DNA of 54,067 nucleotides, from contig MQRK01219438.1 of NCBI GenBank assembly GCA_001938485.1, positions 1 to 54,067 of the forward strand, in the 5' to 3' direction. How positions within the stretch are numbered: the first letter of the stretch is position 1; each line of letters begins with the position of its first letter. Of the stretch, positions 37,801-49,800 are shown piece by piece. Under the pieces are notes generated by a model. That model did not search any database. It was not told where the DNA came from and saw only the letters and a program-made list of their open reading frames with translations. This stretch comes from Girardia tigrina. Lineage: Eukaryota. The position numbers and the translations under genes are program-made.

Positions 37801-40800
37801 TTACTAGTTATCTTTTTTTCTGCTTTTTTTCGTTTCAACAAATTGAAGAAATTAATTTGAATTTTTTTAAAAAAAATACTCTTGCCATCAAATAGCGCAA
37901 GTTAACCGACAATTTGATCAAAAATACATTTAAAATTCGAAACGAATAAACGCACACTTTGAATAAACGCACTTTGTATTGGTAGCTATAATTAATTAAC
38001 GCACCGGTGTACTAATTCGATAAAATACAATACTCAAAACTTTGGGGAGGTAGAGCATATATAAAAATTACATGAAATAAACTTTGCATTTAAAGAATCG
38101 GAATTCGTTTGAAATCAAATCAACGGTATATTTTATTAAAAACATTTCTTTAACTGAAATACAATTTACAGAAATGTACTATAAGAAATATTTGCAAAAA
38201 AGATGGAAATTTTTATTACTCAAATTCCTCTTCTAAAATAATAGTAAATAAGAATTGTTATTAAGAATTGAATTAAGATATGAAAATTATTAATAAAAAT
38301 TTAATAATTTTAACGAAAAAAAATAAGAAACAACTAATAGAAATTCAAATTCAACTAACCATATTAACATTATCCCAGAAAGTGTTGTATAAATGAAATG
38401 GCTTGCCAACCACCATCCTTTAATTCTTGAGCCATTTATTACCAGTATTTGTTCTCTGATAGTTAATGTACAATAATACCAAACCAGTAAGAAATGAAAC
38501 GCTGCATCAAGAATTCTACAAATATTAATAATGAAGGCAAAAGTAATTTAATTATGAATCTGAATTTTAGAATTATTTTAAGCTGAATTTTATATGGTTT
38601 TTCACTAGTATACACTAATCATAAAACACTTTCAAAAAATTTACCTATTTCTAATGAAAAAATACAGAATGAAATTAAAAATAAAAGATATTGTTGTCAC
38701 GGAAAATTTGAATTTTTCATAATCTTCTTTGTAAGCAAATCTGAATAGATAAAATATGTTAATATGTTTCAAGTAACTATTATTATTAATAATAATACTA
38801 ATAATAATATCCTAAAATTGCAATAAATCATAAAATGTTAATTATTTGCAAATGAATTTCTATAAGAAAATAATGTCTTTATATGAATAAAGGGCATCGC
38901 TTGGTTTTAAAGGGAAATCTGCCCCCGCGGGTTATTCGATTTGTACTTGGGGAATCGTTTAATTATTAAATAAAAATAATGCAGCCAAATTTTCAGGTAT
39001 TTATCTCAAACGGTTTTCAAGTATTTTAAAGAAAACTGTTTTTCGATTTTATTTTTTTAATAGTAAAATTCAAAATTAATCAATAACTATTTTTTTTCCT
39101 AATTCTTTGAAGTTTAAAAAGAATTTAAAAAAACGCTAACGTACAGTACTGTAAACGCTCAATTTTCAGGAACGCAATATGAGCGTTAATCGAGGTATGC
39201 CTGTATAAGGGATTAAATAATCTAAAATTAAATATTAAAAACCAGAGGAAGATCAAAAAATAATATTTAAATTTAAATAATTAATTCGTTTTTCCAGACT
39301 TCTTTGTCTGGATATGTTCATGACTCATTATCATTATTAGGATTGCCAAGCATGTGTGCAAACCAGTCAGAGCGAGCTTTGTCAATCAAGTAATTTTTTA
39401 GATCACTTTATTTTCATTTCTGATTTTCATGTCTGAATTTGAATTTTTATGATCTGATTTTTTTATTGTACGAGTTCAATTTCCAATTTCAATGTTGAGA
39501 CTGAATTTTATTGTTTACAAGTTTTTCATTTTATTGATTATTTGGCGAAAAAATTTCAATTTTGTGATTTTGTTATCGAAATTTTTGCGATTGACATTTA
39601 TTTTACTGTTACGAATATATTGAAACGATATAATCGAAATAATGTTTTTCAACGAAGTTATCTTCAATTGATGATTTTAAATTAATATTAAAGATTTAAA
39701 AACAAAAAATGATGAACCGAACAAGATCAGTAAAAACAATAAATTTAAAATGAGCCCAGCACTAAGTGCGGCCAATTCACACTATGACTCTGCTACTACG
39801 GTCAATCCCTAGGGAAACCTGAGGATTGTACCGAACAAGCAATTAGAATCAATTATCAGAAAACTCATTAAACAATCTCATATTTTAATAATCATATTAT
39901 AATTAAAATGAGAGAAAAATGTTATATTGATATTATGTTATAAAATATTGTTAAGATTCGAAGAAATAAGATTGGTAAAGCAGTAGTAATACACCATCAA
40001 ATACTTCCATTGAACACTGGATTTAATATCCTGAAGTGATAAAAACTTTTAACATGACGTAATTGCATTAAGATCAACTTAGTTTAGATTTTACCATATA
40101 AATATGATCTTTACTCTTTTGAATCATCCCTTTTGAGAATGACGCCATAGTAACAGTCAACATGATTCACAAAAGGAATTCGTTTTTGCTGAGTCAAATA
40201 AACATATTTTGTCTCTAGATTTTCTCTAGAACTTTTATTCTACATTCAACAATAATTGGATCTCCATCTCTTCGGTATTTTACATCTTAAACCATCTTTC
40301 ATGGCGGTTTTTGAATGAGTTCCATGCCAGTTCAATTGGGTTTATTAAAATATAAGGAGCCAGGCAAAGTAACTGATCATTTTCATATTCTTCAATTAAT
40401 TTTTCCAAATTGATGTAACAGGGGAATTGTCGCACGCAACACTTGATGACACTAGATCGATACAGAGCGCTAAATTGTCAAAAACAGAACTAACAATCTT
40501 CATATTTACATATTTATATTTTCGTGAAATTGATTTTCCCTTTTCTGATACTGATTTTCATTAATGTGAAATTGATTTTCATAAATATTAAAGTGATCTT
40601 TATTTTTGTGAAATTAAATCGCGAAAGATAAATGTAATAACGTAATTATTTAATTTTGAAAATCATTAAGTTAATTATTTCTCATTTCATTAAAAACCAA
40701 ATTTGTCACGAAAATGTATGATCTCAGATATAAATATTGTCAGATGAAATGCTGAAACTGATATTATAAATAAATAGAATTGAAAATTTCATTTATTTAT

Positions 40801-43800
40801 CGCACGTTATTGTCCATGATTTAGTACTATTTAAAATCAATTAATGATAAGAATGGTCTGATTTAATGATCAGATTAACTTTAAACAATTATTTACTTTC
40901 AATATATATTAGAGTAAATATCGATTAATTCATGGAAATTCGTAATTTGTTCTTAATAGAACATCTTCGTGTGGTTCGTCCATTGTCAGAACAAAATTAT
41001 TCACATAAAACTACAAATAAATTAAATTACAGAAAATATTATCATTTTATTGATTATAAATACGAATATAATAACAATTAAATTAACCTTAAAAATACTT
41101 AACATAAATATTTTAATAAAATATCTTTGTAATTTAAGAAATTGAGAATTATATCGAACTATAATTATTATAATTGCCGTAAATTCGAATTGAAAAGGCT
41201 CTTCTAGTTATCATGGTTAATTAATATTTTTAATTTGAAATATAATTGTTAGGTTGGGTATTAACTTTAATTCTAAATAAAAAATAAATTAAGACTTGCA
41301 AAATTTATTCAAAGCTACAACAGGTTAAATTTGTTATGTAAACAAATTTTCATTTTTTATTTTCTTTTTTTTAATTCTATTTTCCATTATTTTTTTAATT
41401 TCGATAATAATTCGAAATTTTTAAAAAACCAAAATTCATATTTCCGAAAATTAAAATTAAAGAGCAACACTCTCTTACACCCCGCACGCAAAAATTTTTT
41501 AATTTTCTCCACATTTCTTTCACATGTTTTACCAGATATATCTTCAAGAACATATATCTTCTATCATGTATTTTTCGAATGAATTTATATGGTCCGTCGT
41601 ATCTCCCTTGATCTTTTATTCTAGATTCTACTTTTACCAATACATCATCTCCTGGGAAGAATTGTCTTCGCGTGATAGGCTCCTGATCCTGCTCAAATTG
41701 AAATGTCTTGCTATTTTTTCCATCCCATTTCTCCCTGCTAATGCGTCTTCCGAAAATGATTTCAGCTGGACTCATCCCGATAGTCGTCTGTAATGTGGCA
41801 TTTCATGAGAACTCGATCTCCGGTAGAATCTCTGCCCAGTCTGAACTTCTTCTTTCATGCAATGTTGCATTTATTAATTCCCTCACTGTACAGAATTGTC
41901 GTTCAATTTGTCCGTTTGTGTTATGATAGAGAATCTAATTTCGAAATTATCTTTCTCTGCGAACTCATTCATCTTTTTTGATTCAAAAACTGTACTGCAA
42001 TCCACATTCATCGCCTTTGGAGAACCAAATTTCAGTATCCAATTCCACATTATTCCTTTTATTATCGACTCTTCCTCTTGTTTCGATATAATACTTCTTA
42101 CACATAACATTAAAACCTGCTCCTGTATCAAACAAACACTCCCACTGTTTCCCCTGAATTTCCACTGTAACGCTCGGACGCCCCTGAATTTTACCATAAC
42201 ATATATCGGACTTCTGATCCTCAATCAACGCGTAAACATAGAATACTTGCTCAAAAATTTTTTTCACAAATCCATAGACATTATTTATCGTTCGCACATC
42301 CAGCTCGCATCCGATTCCGTGGGAATTATCTTCTAAGATCAGTGCCATCCGGCTGCCACCAACTCCCCAATTGACGGAGCCCAGTCGTTTGGGTATGGTT
42401 TATCGTTTTTTTTCTTCATTATCATCAAATATGCATTCTTCATCCTCGTTCATTCTGTTGATTTTCAATTTCCGATCATTGTTCTGCATTCTCGATCTTC
42501 CATTGTCGTAACCATTATTCTGTCTGCTATTATTTACTAAACATACAGCTGCTTGATTCCCATTCTGGCTACATTTTTCACAGCGTATCTCTGGACATTG
42601 AGTTCGCCTATGCCCTTTTTTCTCGCACAAGAAACAAACCAATGACTGTCTGTTAGGACAGTTTCGACTGATGTTTCCAGTCTCTTGACAATTCCAACAC
42701 TGCACAGGTCTTCTTTGTTGGCAATTCCTGCTGAAATGTCCTGGTTGATGACAAGTATAGCATTTGGACTCGGTTTTTTCCACCATTAAAAGTTGTTTTC
42801 TCGACTGAGTCTGATTTACCAATTTTGTAGTTACCTCAGGAGCTCTGCTGTTTTGAATCACATCTCGATAACTTCGGACAGCATTGATCGTGCTCTTCTT
42901 TTCGTGCTTTATTTCGTCTACGAGTGCTACGAATTCAGATATTTCCTTGACACTCTTTAATTTCCGTAATTTGATTTCACGAACAACATCTTCAACATCA
43001 ATGCAATGAATTAACATTTGAGCTTTTAGCTTTTTTCCTCGAGTCTATGCGACAACGCATTTTTTAGCAGCCGGTCTACTTTTTTGAAAAGTCTGTGCGT
43101 TATCAGCACTTTTGTGATAACTCAACAGTTTTTCCCAACCTTCGCGGCTGCTCTCGGCTTCTCAAACGCTAGTCTCAGCCGATCCTCAAAATTATCAACT
43201 TTACCAGCTGTGTTCTCATATGCTTCCAAGAGATCTTCATGTATCATGGAGTAAATACATGTTTGCCATTTCTTTTGATTAATTTCCGCTGCTTCAAAAT
43301 ATCTTCTGCAATGATAAATAAATTTCTCTAGGTCTTCTCCGATCTGGAGCATGTCGGGAATCAGTCGGTTCGTGATTGAATCCGCTAGCGCTGCCCCCAT
43401 GTTAGGTTTGGAATTAACTTCCATTCTAAATCAAAAATAAATTAAGACTTGCAAAATTTATTCAAATCTACAACAGGTTAAATTTGTTATTTAGACAAAT
43501 TTTCATTTTTTTATTTTCTTTTTTTTAATTCTATTTTCCATTATTTTTTTTAATTTCGATAATAATTCGAAATTTTTAAAAAACCAAAATTCCTGTTTCC
43601 GAAAATTAAAAAATTAAGAACAACACTCTTACAATAATAAATATGCATTGTAATTTTTTATTATATATCCTGTAACCCTGGCTTCGCTTAAAAAAAATTG
43701 ATATTTTTATTTTATAATTGGAAAATCATACTTCTAAGGATTAAAAGAGACACAACAGATTCACAATCAAAATTATTTTATGTTTCGTTGGAATAATAGA

Positions 43801-46800
43801 AAAATAAAAAGTTGAAAGAGTTAATTTCTTAATTTTGAAATAAAAAATTGATTTGCAGTCAGATTAATACGGAAAAAAGTTCAATGGAAATAAAATTAAC
43901 AAAATAATAATAAGCAATTATAATTATTAATTTTAGCGATATAGATTAACTTATCTTTAATCTTTTTACTGTATTAATAAATGAATTGTAATATTGAATA
44001 TTACACATTTTTATTCTCCATATTATCCGTTATATTATATAAGATCAAATCCCTCAATTATTGTAGACAAAATGTAGATCAAACGGAGTCAAATTAGGTC
44101 GAAACAAAAGCAATAAAAATAATATTAAAACAAATGACATTTTGCATTTAATATCAACACCATTACTTTGCATAATAGTTCTAAAGTAGTTTGGTTTCAA
44201 CTCACACTCGTTTATTGTAAGTAAAAGCATCGACAGTGATATCAATGTTGATCAATGTAAATCAATAACAGAAACTGGACAACCACAAAACAATCAGAAT
44301 GTATGCATAACTATATACGAATATCTGATCAAATTGAGGCTTTTCAAATCTTCTCAGTCTCTATTTTTCCTTAGTATTATTAAATTTTTATACTAATATT
44401 CTTTGAAAATCTTGGGCTCAAAAATATCGTCGTTAAATAATAACCGTTTTTAAATAATTGATTAAAACTTCAAAAAAAATATGGCGAATCAATAAACTAA
44501 AAATCAGAACACCATTTTTGAATTTTAAGTCAGCAATTAATTTATAATATTAGATTTACTTTAGACCAGCATTTTTCAATATTGATTGGAGGCATCAGGG
44601 GGACGACGAGATCTAATGCTTGGATTTTACAACCAACGATTTACTTTTTTGATGTGGATCAATCACTTAAAAAAATAACCGTGGAAAATTTTCTGTTCAC
44701 TTACAAACCATATTTTAATATTAAAGTTCTTGTCTTTTTAAGAACATAATCCCCAATGTACTTGTCTCTATGTTCGATGGTTTAATGATAAATTAAAATG
44801 TGGAAATTATAATTAACTAAATATTATTTTAAAAAAAAGAATATTTAATGAAGCTTTGAATTCTAGTTGACTAAAAGAACTTTTACAGACTATACATGCA
44901 GATAAGAATGATAAGTCAATTGAATCTTTTAACTATTTCTTTAAAAGAGCAAGTTAGAAAGTATATGATGATTTGACTGTCTCAATTACTATTGCCAGGG
45001 TTGGAATATCACATACTGAAAAAAAGGTAATCATTTTTGCTTTAAAAGTAGGCATTTCAAAAGTGATTCAATGAAGTTCTAAATGTGTTACTATTGAATA
45101 ATAATACTACTCAAAGGCGTATTAATTACATGGCTGATAATGTCAAGTTACAGCATCATTAAAATCTAATCAAAAAACTGTATCAGAGTATATTCGACAG
45201 ATACGCGAAGAATATGGAAAGTAAGGAAAACAGAAGAGCATTATTGGTTACAACATTCATGATCCTGGAAGCGATAAACAAAACTGAGAGGGTCCCAGAG
45301 ATACCTGTGAAACGAAATTTGAGAAATGAGTTTTATAAAGAGAAGAATATATCCATCTTAGATTTAATGATGGAGGTTTTAGAGATTAAAATCAGGAATA
45401 ATGTTACCTCAGAAATATTCAAGAAGATTAATGAGTTAGTAGAGAAACTCATGGAAAAACCGGGAAAAAAGAACTCTCAGATTAAGCATACGCTAACCCC
45501 TTCGACAATAGAGAAGTAAAGATGGAGATGACTTTGAGATGCATATCGAAAGCAAAAGATATAGAGAGTATCAAGTGAAAATCTATGAATTTGAGCTTAA
45601 GAACTGAAATACAAGAGTGAACGCGTATTCGACAAAGGATGATAACGAATGGAAGGTAGAGTACAGAACAAGAAATTCAAGGCCAAGATGTGGAGTACAA
45701 TACTTCAGAACAGATGATTTGTGAAGTGCATATCATCAAGTGGACTTTGAGAACGAATCAAAAACACCTTTCTCATTAAGCATAAAGGAATTATACTTGA
45801 GGGATTATGTGGGAAGAACAAACATAAAAAACTGACATGGCCGAAGGAATGTAGCGACGCATTTCAGACATTAAAGAGAAAAATGATCCAAATACCGGCA
45901 CTGGCATACCCAAATTTTGGGAAAGAATTCAAATTGGATACGGATACCAGCTTCGATGCAATCGGATAAATATTGTCACAGAACGATTTCATACGTATCT
46001 CATAAAATGAACAAGCAAGAACTAGGATACTGTTTCATGAGAAAGGATCAATTAGCCATTTACCATTTCACTAAAAATTTCAAACGTTTCCTTTACGTAA
46101 AGAGAATTATGTTGAGAACGGATCCGTTGGATAATTATGTTGAGAACCTTGATGATGACAACAAAAATATCCAATAACCACACAGTTCCGAACTCTAATT
46201 AATGAACTTATAATCTAATGAACTTTCTTAGTGGGTTGGATATGAAAAGGAGAAAAACACACTAACGCAGACGAAATAAAATTACGCAAAAATGGACGCA
46301 AAGGCAATAAAATGTTTGACAATACACGAGGAAGATAAGAAAGGAAAGATTAAAACAATAATCTTAGCATTAAATGAATAATTAGGAGGTCTCGCTTGAC
46401 AAACAAGTAATTAAGAAATAGAACAGATTAAAAAATGTATAATAACTAGGACTATGAAGGAATGGTTATTGAAAGATGATATTCTGACAAGAGAACAAAT
46501 ATCGGATCCACAAAAGCAGAAGAACAGACAAAAAAGCTGTGCTATGCAGGAATTAAGAAGTCTATTATTAAGTGAAATACGGTTTTGAGATGGATAATAT
46601 GAGACAAGAAGTAAAGAAAATCGTACAAAATTGTTAGAAAAGGAAAATGCTCACAACGAAGACGATAGAAAACGTATTAGACAATCTGCCGACGAACCAT
46701 TTCAGAAAATTTACATGGATTATTTCTGAAGGACGATGAATGGATACCAATACATACTTGCATAATTGATCAATTCAGCAGATACATCAGCTTGACTGCA

Positions 46801-49800
46801 GTAGCGCATCAGGATGAGAAAACTGTACGGAAGTCATTACTGGATAAATGGATCTGGAAGTAAAAATACATGCTGACAAAGGGAAAACCTTGGAATCATT
46901 ATTTTTCAAAGATAAGGCGAAGAGACTCGACACATAAATAGTTCATTGAAGTCCATAAAATAATATTATCAATGGAATCGTAGAAAGGCAATTCAGAGCA
47001 ATTCGACACCATCAATATATGAGTGAAAAACGAAATACACAGAGATTGGACACACTTATAGAGGGGGTAAAAGTTATATTTCTTAGCATAGAAAAACTTG
47101 TAGTTTTATATTCAGTATAAATGATTTCAAAATGATGTGCAAGCATTTTAGAAATTATTGGGAGAGGGTGTCGTGTGAAGCTTTGTTAATAAGATGTCGT
47201 GATAGTAAAATCATTGTTCAAAAGGCCCTCTGAACCAATTTGTTAAGATTTTTCGATTGATTTCGCGTAATATGTCACATAATCATTCATTTTACAAATT
47301 ATGAGCAGTAGAAAAGCTCATAATCAGTTATTTGATGACGGTAAACCTTCGAAATATATTATCATGGAATATATTTTAAAATAACGTTCCTTCTGTTTTT
47401 TTAATTGACATTATTTTTTAAGTTATTTAAAATTATAATATTATTATTATCAGATCATTTAGAACTATTATTTACTCAATTATTTTATTTTTATATAATA
47501 TATTTATTCAGTTTATACTCATATTCCAACGCATCCAGACATCCTGGTGAATAATAATATATAAATAAATATATTAATAGATTTCTTTTTTCTGAATTAT
47601 CATTTTTGTTCATGTAATTCTTGGTAAAATACCATTTTAGAACCCACAAAAATCAAAAATATTTAGGATAATTATTAAAATAATTATTAAGAACACTAAT
47701 ATTATTTCAAATACTTTTATTGATATCACAACTCGAATTGCCTCCGGGACAACTCTCCACGAGACTTTCGTAATTTAATTTTAAAATTGGTATTTACATT
47801 TCAAAATTTTCCGAATAATCCGACGGTTCAAAACATCAAAATATCAATCTTAGATCTGTAGGGAGAACCAATCCTAAAATTAACCTACAATAAACATCAT
47901 TCGAAAATATTTCTCAAATAATTATAATTATGGGTACTGTTCCGTAGCGGCCCAAACAAATATAAAAATATGACAATAAAATAAAAATATTATAAGCATT
48001 CCAAGAAAAATATTTTTAAAAATTATTTTAAATTTTTTAAGTAACCTAATCCGAAAATGTCTATGGTGATTATGCAATCACCACTTCTCTGGCTTATTTT
48101 ATGTATATTTTTAAATTAAATTTGTTTTGTTTCATTTTTTAAAACTATTTTTTCTTATTTTTGCATAGAAAAATTAACTGAAAATAATTTAAAAACAGAA
48201 GACAATTCCAAAAAAAATTATTTAATTGTAAATTTTTAAACTTTTAAGGAACGACTTTTATATTACTCCCCATAAATTATGTAATTAATGTAATCATTTT
48301 TGTTTTTCTTTTACTTCTACTTCTTTTATAGTGTTATCGCTAAAAAACGCCACAAATAAAAATTTTGTTTTAATTTTAATTCAGTCGCTGCTTTTTCAAG
48401 ATTTTCCATTTTTGCTTTTACAACCTAATAAAAAATGTTTATCAGCTTTACTAAGTCAAATGAATAGTGAAAGAAAATCATGCTTTTCCATACCAATGCA
48501 ACATTAACATAATAAAAAATGCGTGATAACTACCATGAAAACATCAAAATTCATCGATTTTATTAATGTTTCATTCAATTTTAAGAGCCTATGATAGAAA
48601 ATTTCATCCTTGAGTCAAACCATGCTTAGATTCATTATTTTTCGAAGTTAGTAGTTAAACTACATTGTGTATTTATTTACTACTTGATAAGTTTTATGAA
48701 TGATAAAAATATCCAGATGAAAAATAATACAGAGTTATTAATAATTATATCATCTTTATTAATAATTATATCCACTTTATTAATAATTATATCCACTTTA
48801 TTAATAATTATATCCATTTTATTAAAAATTATAATATTTTTAGATATATAGTATTAATTCATTTTTGTTTCAAAAATATATGCTTTTTCATATATATTTT
48901 TTCATAAAAAGATATATTTTTCACTAGTTTTTAGTAAAAGTCTCTTATGTACGATATACCATACAAAATTTTACAAGTTTATTAAAATAGAAACAAAAAA
49001 GTCATGTAAGATTTGATTCAAAATTGCTCTCCATTGTATGCTTTTCTGACAAATTCGTGCATATGAAAATATAAATTCTGGAAATTAAACGAATCATTGT
49101 CGTTCATGAAGGAAATTAGAGTGTTCAATAATCCACACATGTCATTTATAGATGTTGGCCTTGGTCTGTAAGAGGTGTATCTTGCTTTGAGAGCACTAAA
49201 GACTTCTTCAATAAGATTTAGAGAAGGGCTATATGCAGGAAGATATTTAAAATTAATGTTCCTTTCTTGTAAAAACCTCTTTACACTATCAGAATGGTGA
49301 AACTTCAGATTGTCCATGATTAAAATCGAATTTGGCTCAAAAATATTTTGTAAAAAACAATCATTAAGAAAAGCTAAAAAAAATTCGGTATTGTATGGAC
49401 CACTTAACAACTTGTAATTCATCACTTTGACATCTGAAATTATTGCTAACAAAGAAAGATTTCTTCCACGGTTTGAAGGAACATGTCTTATCGCATCAAC
49501 GTTTCTAAGAGAATATCCATATGACTTAGAGATATGGAGATTAAAGCCTGTTTGATCCAAGAAAAACAAGCGCTTGTTAATCATATCTCTTAGAAACTCT
49601 CTTGCATAAATCTTTCTTTTGTGTATCAGTTAATCATTTAAGACAACACTTGAACGTAACTTGAAACGTTTTCTGGTGATATCTAGTTTTTTGAGGCAGT
49701 TTGATACAGTCGCCTGAGACACAAAGATACCACTTTCTTTCAGTTTGGAAACCATTCCTTGCTGTGTCAATTCATTATCTTCCTGAACTATATCGGACAA

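Noticed and set aside
37940-39210. Possible pogo/Tc1 MITE ends near 37940-38030 and 39140-39207
   Set aside because: The termini could not be paired or given TSDs with confidence.
44560-44750. Exon-like GC-richer block in intron 4
   Set aside because: No recognisable protein, and it is not needed to complete TMEM120.
48735-48835. Short regular repeats resembling a CRISPR array
   Set aside because: No spacers; they are the tandem units of a transposon TIR, mirrored at about 50012-50099.
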